From: Ruegeria sp.
Lineage (GTDB): Bacteria > Pseudomonadota > Alphaproteobacteria > Rhodobacterales > Rhodobacteraceae
Length of the DNA stretch: 44,431 nucleotides
NCBI GenBank assembly: GCA_051009255.1
Contig: JBPCWT010000331.1
Location: forward strand, 1 to 44,431
Reading direction: 5' to 3'
Shown: positions 28,701 through 36,521 of the stretch, piece after piece
Layout: every line of letters begins with the position of its first letter
How positions within the stretch are numbered: position 1 is the stretch's first letter
Made by a program: the position numbers and the translations under genes
Notes under the pieces: generated by a model
The model's database searches: none
What the model saw: only the letters and a program-made list of their open reading frames with translations
Told to the model about the DNA's origin: nothing

Positions 28701-29109
28701 GACCGCTGATGCGTTTTCCAGCGAATTGGAACAACAGTTCGAGGGCGACTACAAAACACGGTACCACATGGCTCCACCCCTGCTGAGCTGGCGCAAGGAT
28801 GGCAGCGGACGCCCCGCCAAACGCGCCTTTGGTCCGTGGCTTCGCCCGGTTCTGGGTGCAATGAGCCGCGCAAAGCGCTTGCGCCACACACCTTTCAACC
28901 CCTTTGGCTATCACGCCGAAGCGCGTCTGCATCGCGATATCCTGACATGGTACGAAACCTTGCTTGATCAGATGCAGATCAACTTTGCATCGCGGACTGA
29001 GGCTGAGTGGCTGGAAACCCTGTCCTTTGCAGACGAGGTTCGCGGCTATGGCCCCGTCCGCGAGGATAGTTTTGATAAAGCCCGAGAGGCGGTCGGTCAG
29101 ACCGCCTAA
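25705..29109 (+). CDS. indolepyruvate/arylpyruvate ferredoxin oxidoreductase, fused alpha-beta single chain
   Basis: TGTQAL, SGYRGSPLGG, WYGKGPGVDRSGD, FCSGCPHN, QMGGEG, ferredoxin CEGCGDC and GVGGTGVVT. Exact start uncertain (25702/25705/25732). Confidence 0.93.
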   Translation: MSRHETALPMYQLEDRYNLNSGRVFLTGTQALARIMLDQARRDQAAGLNTAGFVSGYRGSPLGGLDLELWRARDKMQANRITFMPAVNEDLGATAVLGAQQATLDPHCEAEGIFSMWYGKGPGVDRSGDALKHGNAYGSAPMGGVLVVAGDDHGCVSSSMPHQSDVAFMAWFMPTLNPASVEEYLEFGEYGFALSRFSGTWVGFKAVSETVESARSVDLRPDREFLLPEIDIPANGLHVRAADLPSPEIETRIQHKLRAVRAFAEANPIDRRIYDIDKATFGFVTTGKGHLDLMEALRLLGLDESACRQLGIDIYKVGMVWPLARRNALRFVRGKSEVLVVEEKRGIIESQFKEYFYDWPGDKPHKMVGKYDSHGEPLIPWTGELSPLMLVPIVADRLHSFFPEENLPAKAKALTDTPPQLINVTGATRTPYFCSGCPHNTSTKVPEGSTAASGIGCHVMASWMDRQTVGYAQMGGEGVPHVVASRFNGGKHIFQNLGEGTWYHSGSLAIRQAVAAGTNITYKILYNDAVAMTGGQPVDGPISVAGIAQTCRAEGVERIAIVSDDIAKFHHADFPAQTTFHDRAQMDALQREMREITGVTVLIYEQTCATEKRRRRKRGTMEDPNKFVWINDLVCEGCGDCSVASNCLSVEPRETPLGRKRKINLSSCNKDFSCLNGFCPSFVTVEGATRRKKQVDLNLADMETGLPDPKLLLLDDPFDLLVTGVGGTGVVTVGALITMAAHLEGRGASVLDFTGFAQKFGTVLSYIRLGTSPDALNQVRIDQGTADAVIGCDIVVSSAPKASTHYRKGTQVVLNRAEMPTGDLVLRRDAQLNVDAREQAISAVVGAENVHGFDANAIAEELLGDTVFANVIMLGHAWQLGLVPVSHSALGQAILLNGVAIDKNRLAFAIGRCMAADPQRLTEYSEPTHQTETLDQMIARRAAFLVDYQDAAYSGRYTSRIEQIRAALPQASDDVIRSVARNLFRFMSSKDEFEVARLMTADAFSSELEQQFEGDYKTRYHMAPPLLSWRKDGSGRPAKRAFGPWLRPVLGAMSRAKRLRHTPFNPFGYHAEARLHRDILTWYETLLDQMQINFASRTEAEWLETLSFADEVRGYGPVREDSFDKAREAVGQTA

Positions 29110-30410
29110 CCCAGCACCGAAAAGCTGCTTTCCGAATTGATCGGGCGTTTGCGCGAATAAAACCCGACGTCGATAGACCGCTCGATATAAGGCAGGTCAA
29201 ACGTCAGCGGTTGGGTGTCGTGATCCGCGCCACCTTCGCAGTATCCGATCAGCGCCGCCATCATCTTGCCCGCAATCGGCGCGTTCTTGTATTGGTTGCC
29301 GCTGGTTCCGCAGGCCATGTAAAATCCCGGCAGGCTGGATTTGTCATAGATCGGAATCCAATCCGTCGACGCGTCGTACAGGTCCACGACGCCGCGTGTT
29401 TTCGACGGAATACCCAGACTTGGAACGCGCTGCGCGTACCGCATCGCCTGCGTTGTCCACTGATCAGTGAAATCGTGGTTATAGTTCTGATCGTCTTCGC
29501 ACCACTGATGCGGGTCGCATTCCGGGTCTTCGGAGCCGACAAGGATGTGATTGCCATGTTCCGGGCGGCAATAGCACGCGATGTCGCTGTCAGATACGAT
29601 GGTACCCTGATTTTCAAAATCAAACCCTTCGGGCGCGGGGACGTGCACGACCTCTTGGCGCAGGGGCCGTGTCTGGATTGTCATGTCGTCCAGCACGCCG
29701 GCCAAGCCATTAATGATTGCCGATCCCGGCCCTGCCACGTTGACAACGACGCTTGCGTGAATGTCTTCGCCAGATGTCAGCCTGACACCCGACACTCGCC
29801 CGCCATCCTGCAAAATCTCTGCGACTTCGGCGCTGGTGCGCACCTCGGACCCATGCAGTTTGGCAGCATCCATCAGGTTCTGCGCCGACAGCGCGGGGTC
29901 TGTGACATACCCGGCCTGAGGCCAGTAAACAGCACCATTCATGCGCTGACCGTTCGGGTGACCAAATTCCGGGTCATCCATGCGCCGTGCAGGGGCGAAA
30001 CTGTCCATGGAATAGACTGGCAACCGATCCTGTATCTGGTCCGCCGTCCACTCTTCGAACGGACAATTCAGCTCGGCACTGTACTTCATGTGTTTTTCCA
30101 GAAACCCGTTGGCCTCGGTCTTCATGACCAGACACCCGGTTTGTCGGAATTGCGCAATATCCGCATCAGCGGGCAGCCCAAGATGCTCGGCCCAGTCCCG
30201 CCAATAATGATACCCCTCCCACGCAAATGCAGTGCCGTCGAATGTCGAATAATGCATCCGAACAATCGCACAGGATCCGGCGGTTGATCCGTGCCCGACC
30301 TGCGCGTTCCGGTCCAGCGACAGCGTTTTCCATCCGGCCTTTGCCATTTCAAAAGCCGTGGCCGCCCCGATCACGCCGGTTCCGATTATGATCGCGTCAA
30401 ACTGGCTCAT
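29106..30410 (-). CDS. FAD-dependent oxidoreductase (DAO/sarcosine oxidase beta-like)
   Basis: IIGTGVIG FAD motif, GSTAGSCAIVR, YDASTDWIP and GTSGNQYKNAP. Confidence 0.88.
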   Translation of the reverse strand: MSQFDAIIIGTGVIGAATAFEMAKAGWKTLSLDRNAQVGHGSTAGSCAIVRMHYSTFDGTAFAWEGYHYWRDWAEHLGLPADADIAQFRQTGCLVMKTEANGFLEKHMKYSAELNCPFEEWTADQIQDRLPVYSMDSFAPARRMDDPEFGHPNGQRMNGAVYWPQAGYVTDPALSAQNLMDAAKLHGSEVRTSAEVAEILQDGGRVSGVRLTSGEDIHASVVVNVAGPGSAIINGLAGVLDDMTIQTRPLRQEVVHVPAPEGFDFENQGTIVSDSDIACYCRPEHGNHILVGSEDPECDPHQWCEDDQNYNHDFTDQWTTQAMRYAQRVPSLGIPSKTRGVVDLYDASTDWIPIYDKSSLPGFYMACGTSGNQYKNAPIAGKMMAALIGYCEGGADHDTQPLTFDLPYIERSIDVGFYSRKRPINSESSFSVLG

Positions 30411-31081
30411 GCCCTGTTCCCTTCCCAGTAGCGTTGCGCATAGGCGCTGAATTCTTCGATTTCCTCTGGCCGCGGCTCGACACCCGTGAACACGTAAAGA
30501 TAGTGTGGTACCAGCGCCAGACGAGTTGCCAGCGGCTCGTTCAACTGCGCCAGATCATATCCAATCTGCATGTAATACAGCACCCTTGCCCGTGTTTCCG
30601 CCTCGGTGTCGTCAAATCCGTACCGCGTGAACATGGCCCGCAACGCGGCCAACCTCTTGGCGTCTGATTGATCCAGCATTCGACGTACCTTGCCGGAACG
30701 ACGCGCCCAGTCACGAACCGCAAAATCCAGCGCGGTATCGAACAGAGCCGTGTTTACCACGCAGCGATGCACGTTGCAGACCGCCGCGGTTATCGTCTTG
30801 GCCGATGCCTCGGCCTGTGAAATCAGTGCCGCCGTGTTGGTGGCCTGCCAACGCGCAAGCAAGGCGTCCAACAATTCCTGCCGCGACTTGAAATACCAAT
30901 AGAACGAGGACCGCGAGACCGCCATACGCTCGGCAAGGTTCAGCACCTTGATCTGCTCAACCCCGTCCGAGATCAGCACATCCATGGCCACGTTCAGCCA
31001 GTCGTCACGCGTGACCTTGACGTTACCGACCAATGGTTCGGCTTCGGGGTCGTCTCGGTGCAGGATCGGTTTGTTATTCAT
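30407..31081 (-). CDS. TetR/AcrR-family regulator
   Basis: N-terminal HTH LAERMAVSRSSFYWYFKSRQELL; directly abuts both neighbours. Confidence 0.92.
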   Translation of the reverse strand: MNNKPILHRDDPEAEPLVGNVKVTRDDWLNVAMDVLISDGVEQIKVLNLAERMAVSRSSFYWYFKSRQELLDALLARWQATNTAALISQAEASAKTITAAVCNVHRCVVNTALFDTALDFAVRDWARRSGKVRRMLDQSDAKRLAALRAMFTRYGFDDTEAETRARVLYYMQIGYDLAQLNEPLATRLALVPHYLYVFTGVEPRPEEIEEFSAYAQRYWEGNRA

Positions 31082-32632
31082 TCAACTCTCCGGCGGGGCG
31101 CCGCCCTCTGCGGTACGGCGTGCGACGAACTCTTGCATCGCGCCCAACCGGTCGTTGTTCTGTGGCGGCGCTTCACAGTTGTTCAGGACATCCTTCCAAA
31201 CCTCCGTCGCACGGTGGTTTGCGTCAACAGATCCGCGCTCGGTCCATGTTCCGAAATTGGCATAATCGTGCAGATGGGGCTCGTAGAACGCGGTGTTGTA
31301 GCGTTCCATTGTCTGGCTGGTGGCAAAGAAATGACCGCTGGGCTCTACCTCTTGCAGCGCCGTGTCAAATCCGATCTCGGCGCTGCCAGCCTGTGCGCCG
31401 GCGCAAAGCTCGGCCACCATGTTCAGAACCTCTGCATCGCAAACCAGCTTTTCAAATGAAACGGTCAGCCCGCCCTCCAGCCATCCCGCCGAGTGAATTA
31501 TCACCGTGGCGCCTGCCATCAGACACCCCCACAGGCCAAACTGATTTTCGTTTGCCGCCTGCACGTCATTGGCGTTGGATGCGGACCCGGCTGCGGACCG
31601 CCAGGGCAGGCCCAGATGACGCGCCAGCTGCCCCGCAGCCAGCGAGGCCTGAAAATGCGAGGGCGTACCAAAGGCGGGTGCGCCCGATTTCATATCCACA
31701 TTGCTGGTGAACGTGCCATAGCAAACCGGCGCGCCGGGTTTTGCAAGCTGCGTCAGGGTCAGCGCGGCCAGCGCCTCGGCATGAGACAGGGTAATGGCCC
31801 CGGCCACCGTAATCGGTGCCATGGCCCCCATCAGGGTAAAGGGTGTAATGATTGACATCTGCCCGTGCCGGGCGAAATCAATAAGCCCCTGCGCCATCGG
31901 AATATCCAATGTTCTTGGGCTGTTGGTGTTGATGATCGTGTAACAATGCGCGTTAGCGCGAAACGCATCATCCGACAGGCCACGCGCGGTTGCCATCATT
32001 TCAAAGCAATCCATCACTTGTGGCGTCCCGCGCGAAAAGAAAAAGGGAAACTTGTCCGTCAGCTCCATCTGCGCCTGCGTGGTAAAATAGTGCCGCAGAT
32101 GGGTCGGTACGTCCTGCGGCTCGACCTGGGGCGAGATCATCTGAAACACGTCAAAGTGATGCGTAAGTTTCAGAAAATCCAGATAGTCCTGCCCGGTCGC
32201 AGGGCGGCGGCCCCGCTCCAGATCGGTTGCGTTCGGCGCACCTGCACCCGGCTGAAACACAAGGCTGCCCAGCTCCAGCACGAAATCCCGATTGCGCGCG
32301 CCTGCGTGACAGGTGATGGATTTTGGGGCCGACGCAACCGCCGCCTCGATCATATCGCGCCCGATAAAGACCATTTGACGGTCTTCATCGACGCGCGCAC
32401 CTGCCTTTGCAAAGATGCGCCGCGCCTCGGGCAGCAGAACTTTTACCCCAAGCTCTTCGATCGTACGCAGGGCCGTTTCGTGCATGTCCGCGATCTGGTC
32501 CGCCGGGAACACCTCCATCAGCGGAAAGGGGTTTTTTAACTGGCGATAATTCACATCCCTCTGCGGGGCTGGCACGGCTTCGGCACCGCGCCCCCGCCTT
32601 CGACGTCCACGTCCCGAGGTCTGGGTGGTCAT
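31082..32632 (-). CDS. trimethylamine methyltransferase (MttB) family protein, pyrrolysine-free
   Basis: INTNSPR, TPFTLMGAMAP, FTSNVDMKSGAPAFGTP, HSAGWLEGGL and C-terminal GGAPPES; no in-frame amber codon. Confidence 0.9.
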   Translation of the reverse strand: MTTQTSGRGRRRRGRGAEAVPAPQRDVNYRQLKNPFPLMEVFPADQIADMHETALRTIEELGVKVLLPEARRIFAKAGARVDEDRQMVFIGRDMIEAAVASAPKSITCHAGARNRDFVLELGSLVFQPGAGAPNATDLERGRRPATGQDYLDFLKLTHHFDVFQMISPQVEPQDVPTHLRHYFTTQAQMELTDKFPFFFSRGTPQVMDCFEMMATARGLSDDAFRANAHCYTIINTNSPRTLDIPMAQGLIDFARHGQMSIITPFTLMGAMAPITVAGAITLSHAEALAALTLTQLAKPGAPVCYGTFTSNVDMKSGAPAFGTPSHFQASLAAGQLARHLGLPWRSAAGSASNANDVQAANENQFGLWGCLMAGATVIIHSAGWLEGGLTVSFEKLVCDAEVLNMVAELCAGAQAGSAEIGFDTALQEVEPSGHFFATSQTMERYNTAFYEPHLHDYANFGTWTERGSVDANHRATEVWKDVLNNCEAPPQNNDRLGAMQEFVARRTAEGGAPPES

Positions 32633-32634
32633 GG

Positions 32635-35037
32635 TCAACCCCTCATCGCCTTGCCCTGCGGATCGTATGGCGATGGTGCGATCACCCGCGCGGGCCGTTC
32701 CACACCAACCACATGCACAGACAACTCGGTTCCCGGTTCAGCCATGTCGCGGTTCACCAGCGCCATCGCCAGCGATTTTCCGGTGTAGTGGCCATATCCA
32801 CCAGAGGTCACGAACCCGACACGCTCTGCCCCGGCCCAGACCGGCTCGTACCCGCTGGCATCGGCGTCCTGCGCCTCAACTTCCAGCGTGACCTGAACCT
32901 GTGCGGGGCCATTGCCGTCACGTTCGGCAACTGCCGCATTCTTGCCAACAAACGCCTTATCCCAGTCGATCCAGCGATCCATCCCGGTCATGCCGGGCGT
33001 GTAAAGCTGCGTGAATTCCGCCGACCAGATGCCAAAGCTTTTTTCCAGCCGGGTCGACAGCATGGCGTTGAAACCGCATTCACGGATACCTTCACCGGCA
33101 CCGGCCTCCAGCAGCATTCGGCGCAGCTTGATATGGTCGCCATAACGACAGTTGATCTCGTACCCTTTTTCACCGGTCACGGACATACGCGCGACGCGGG
33201 CACGAACCAACCCGATGTCAAAGTCACCACATCCCATGAATTTCAGACCTGAGATATCCTGTTCCGCCAGCTGCTCGATCACCGCCTGCGATTTCGGCCC
33301 GACCAGACCGAACCCGCAATACTCCTCGCCCAGATCGCGAACATCGACCCCTTCGATCATGTGATCGTCGAACCAGCGCATATGCCACGCGCGCAGGTAA
33401 TAGCTTCCCATGATCCACCAGGTACCGTCGCCCCAGTTCAACACGGTCAGGTCACCCTTGAGCCGCCCGTTTTCACCCAACATTGGTGCAAGCTTTGCCC
33501 GACCCGCCGCTGGCAGTTTCGACGCCATTACCTTGTCCAGCCAAACTTGGGCATTCGGGCCGGTCACCTCGTACCGGGAAAACCCCGAAATATCCATCAA
33601 ACCCACGCCTTCGCGGATCACCTTGCATTCCTCGGCCACGATGTCATGCGCGTTCGACCGCTTCAGCGTTGGCGTTTCCTCGAAACCCTTCGGCGCGAAA
33701 TACAGCGGCACTTCCAGATCCCAACTAACGCCCCATTTACAACCCGCCTCGGTCATGGCGTCATGTGCCGGTGCCATCTTCAGCGGGCGTCCAGCGGGCA
33801 GTTGCTCGTTCGGATAGGTCATCACGAAACGACGCGAATAAAACTGCCCCGTCTTTTCACGAATATACCGCTTGTTCTGGGCAAAGTCGCCATATCGCGC
33901 CACATCCATGGGCCAGGCGTCAGCTTCGGGTTCGCCGTGGATCATCCATTCTGCCAGCGTCTTGCCAACACCCCCGCCCTGCAAAAAGCCTGCCATCACA
34001 GCACAGGCCGACCAATAGCTGCGTTTGCCTGGCACCGGACCAACCAAGGGGTTGCCATCGGGCGAGAACGTGAACGCGCCGTTTACCCAAGTCTTGATGC
34101 CCACGTCCTGTATCGACGGGTACCGCTCAAATCCCAGCGTCAGTTCGTTCTCGATCCGGTCAAGCTGTTCCTGAAACAGTTCCTCGCCATAATTCCACGG
34201 TGCGCCGTCCATGGCCCAATGTTCATGGTCAACCTCGTAAATACCGATCAGGACACCTTTCTGGTCCTGCCGCATATATGTGAAACCTTCCAGATCGACG
34301 GTCATCGGCATTTCGAAATCAGCCGCCGCAACTTCGGGGATCGAGTCGGTTATCAGGTAATGATGCTTTAGCGGCGACACCGGCAATTCGACACCGGCCA
34401 TTCGCCCCACCTGCTTGGCCCACAGGCCCGCCGCATTGACCACATGCTCGCAAGTGATCGTTCCCTTGTCGGTCACAACCTGCCAGCCATCGTCGGTCTG
34501 GATCAGTTCCTCGACCTTGGTTTCCTCGAAATACTCTGCACCGCGCTTTTTGGCGGCGGTTGAATATGCCTGCACCGTGCCCGTCGTGTCGATATACCCT
34601 TCGCGGTCAGCCCACATGGCCCCCAATACACCGTCCGTGGACATGATCGGGCAGCGTTTCTGCGCCTCTTCCGGCGTCAGCAACTCGCAATCTTCGATCC
34701 CGATGGACTGAAATATGCGGTAATTGGCCTGCAACCACTCCCACCGCTCGGGCGTTCCCGCCAGCGTCAGGCCGCCGGTCATGTGCAGCCCGATATTCTG
34801 GCCCGACTCTTCTTCGATCTCGCTCAGCAGGTCGATGGTGTATGCCTGCAACGCGGCCATGTTGGGATCAGCATTCAGGGCATGAATGCCGCCCGCCGCG
34901 TGCCACGACGAGCCAGACGCCAGACGACGGCGTTCAATCATGGCCACGTCGCTCCAGCCGAACTTTGCCAGATGATACAGAACCGAGGCGCCGACGACGC
35001 CACCACCGATGACCACAACACGATACTGGGATTTCAT
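32635..35037 (-). CDS. GcvT-family FAD oxidoreductase (dimethylglycine/sarcosine dehydrogenase-like)
   Basis: GGGVVG, SSWHAAG (flavinylation His), FSPDGNP, RLEKSF and VTSGGYGH folate-binding domain; GGGAGG SD. Confidence 0.92.
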   Translation of the reverse strand: MKSQYRVVVIGGGVVGASVLYHLAKFGWSDVAMIERRRLASGSSWHAAGGIHALNADPNMAALQAYTIDLLSEIEEESGQNIGLHMTGGLTLAGTPERWEWLQANYRIFQSIGIEDCELLTPEEAQKRCPIMSTDGVLGAMWADREGYIDTTGTVQAYSTAAKKRGAEYFEETKVEELIQTDDGWQVVTDKGTITCEHVVNAAGLWAKQVGRMAGVELPVSPLKHHYLITDSIPEVAAADFEMPMTVDLEGFTYMRQDQKGVLIGIYEVDHEHWAMDGAPWNYGEELFQEQLDRIENELTLGFERYPSIQDVGIKTWVNGAFTFSPDGNPLVGPVPGKRSYWSACAVMAGFLQGGGVGKTLAEWMIHGEPEADAWPMDVARYGDFAQNKRYIREKTGQFYSRRFVMTYPNEQLPAGRPLKMAPAHDAMTEAGCKWGVSWDLEVPLYFAPKGFEETPTLKRSNAHDIVAEECKVIREGVGLMDISGFSRYEVTGPNAQVWLDKVMASKLPAAGRAKLAPMLGENGRLKGDLTVLNWGDGTWWIMGSYYLRAWHMRWFDDHMIEGVDVRDLGEEYCGFGLVGPKSQAVIEQLAEQDISGLKFMGCGDFDIGLVRARVARMSVTGEKGYEINCRYGDHIKLRRMLLEAGAGEGIRECGFNAMLSTRLEKSFGIWSAEFTQLYTPGMTGMDRWIDWDKAFVGKNAAVAERDGNGPAQVQVTLEVEAQDADASGYEPVWAGAERVGFVTSGGYGHYTGKSLAMALVNRDMAEPGTELSVHVVGVERPARVIAPSPYDPQGKAMRG

Positions 35038-35074
35038 CCCCACCTCCCTTGGACGTTTCGCAAGGGACGCTAAT

Positions 35075-35114
35075 CGCACTGTTCACTTCTGTCTAGACAT
35101 TTCTGTACAGTGCG
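35075..35114. promoter_or_regulatory. 40-bp palindromic operator upstream of the GcvT/MttB/TetR operon
   Basis: CGCACTGTtcacttcTGTCTAGACAtttctgtACAGTGCG: 8-bp perfect outer arms and a perfect 10-bp core share one centre; 15 of 20 positions pair. Confidence 0.65.
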
Positions 35115-35151
35115 TTTCGCCCGGCATGCCGCGCCGGATTGTTCCCCGATG

Positions 35152-35781
35152 TCAGAGTTGTGCACTGGGCCGGTTCTGGATCTTCTTGTGCCAAGCCAAA
35201 GTGGCCGAATTCCCCTCGGGGATGCGCACCCGGATCACGCGCGCGAACTCAACGAATGTGAAGGTTGAAATATCGGCCAGCGTAAAGTGATCGCAGGCAA
35301 CAAAGGCACTGTCAGTCAGCCGATCCTCCAGCATCTCGAAAAACCTTGCAACACGATCCGCGCCCCGCTCGGCCAGTTCCGGAATCTGGGCGTAATCGAC
35401 CGGCCCCGGTATCGCCCTACTTTTGAATACCGGATGTGTATTGCGCAAAACCTCGGCGATGGGCAACGCGCCGTGATGTTCCACGATGGCGTTCCACATC
35501 AGAACCAGCCCCTTTTCATCCGGCGTTTTTCCCATCAGCGGTGGCTCAGGATACCGCGCCTCCAGATAGGCCGCTATCCCAAGGTTCTCGGTCAGTTTCG
35601 TCCCTTCGTCCGTGACCAGAACAGGCAGCGTGGCGCGTGGATTGATCGCCGTGAATTCGTCGCTTAACTGCTCGTTATCAGCCAACGAGAGATTGCGGGT
35701 TTCAATCTTCAGCCCTTTTTCGGCGATGAACATCCGGGCACGGCGCGGATTAGGGGCTGTAGAGCAATCGTAGAAAATCAT
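35152..35781 (-). CDS. glutathione S-transferase
   Basis: APNPRRARMFIAEKG, INPRATLPVL, FTLADI and RPSA. Confidence 0.92.
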   Translation of the reverse strand: MIFYDCSTAPNPRRARMFIAEKGLKIETRNLSLADNEQLSDEFTAINPRATLPVLVTDEGTKLTENLGIAAYLEARYPEPPLMGKTPDEKGLVLMWNAIVEHHGALPIAEVLRNTHPVFKSRAIPGPVDYAQIPELAERGADRVARFFEMLEDRLTDSAFVACDHFTLADISTFTFVEFARVIRVRIPEGNSATLAWHKKIQNRPSAQL

Positions 35782-35805
35782 TGGCGGGGCTCCAATCGCA
35801 GTTGC

Positions 35806-36303
35806 CTAGCGGCGATAAATGAAACATCTGCCTTCGACGGAATTTTCGGGCAATGGTTGTTCAGTAAGGGTGTTGAAATACATGCGGTCACTGGACACCA
35901 TCAACCCGCCCGGTGCCAGCAAAGGCTCGACCAGTGGCGAAATGAGCCGTGCAAAAACATCGTTCTTTTCGCGGTTATGCCCCCCCAGATCGGCGTGCAC
36001 CAAACTTGCCGTTGCGCCGAACCGTTCCAGTGCGGCAGGCAGCGTTTCGCGCACATCGCCAAGGATCAGCATGTCATCCGGCGGTGTCGAATCGGGATGA
36101 GAGGCGACACTGCGTTCGAACACGTAAACCGGCCTGCCAGATATTCGCTGAACCAGATGGTGATAGGTCCGCCCGTTGCCCAGACCCAGTTCGAACACCG
36201 GCCCGGCCATATCTGCGGTTTGATTGATTGAAAAATCCAGACAAGCGCGCTGGGAAACCATGCGGTCGATGAACAGATCCAGTCGGCTTTGATGCTCGGA
36301 CAC
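35806..36303 (-). CDS. small class I SAM-dependent methyltransferase (Methyltransf_17-like)
   Basis: SRLD..I.RM..QR, ELGLGNGRTYHHL motif I and LVHADLG; GTG start 8 nt after AAGGAG. Confidence 0.8.
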   Translation of the reverse strand: MSEHQSRLDLFIDRMVSQRACLDFSINQTADMAGPVFELGLGNGRTYHHLVQRISGRPVYVFERSVASHPDSTPPDDMLILGDVRETLPAALERFGATASLVHADLGGHNREKNDVFARLISPLVEPLLAPGGLMVSSDRMYFNTLTEQPLPENSVEGRCFIYRR

Positions 36304-36521
36304 AGGCACTTCTCCTTGAAACGAATTGGAACAACTCGTGCCGTACATGACAAAAGATCAAGTACTTGTGTAGTCACTTTGCCGTCTGTTTCTCGATTTC
36401 GCGACGATTGGACCAATAAACGTGTTTGACTAGTTAGCCATAAGCAGGCGAAACTGCGATTAAAAAACAGGGAGTTGTATAAGTCGATGGAGACGTGCGG
36501 CCAGCCGGGTGGAATCCCCGT

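Noticed and set aside
31082-32632. Pyrrolysine recoding in the MttB homologue
   Set aside because: The ORF is uninterrupted with no in-frame TAG, and no pyl genes are present.
22932-34371. Antisense ORFs of 280-360 aa (22932-23975, 29211-30287, 32407-33252, 33361-34371)
   Set aside because: Each lies opposite a well-supported gene and has no family motifs.
35038-35151. Glycine riboswitch ahead of the GcvT-family gene
   Set aside because: The spacer is only about 114 bp and lacks recognisable glycine-aptamer motifs; the protein is DMGDH-like, not true GcvT.
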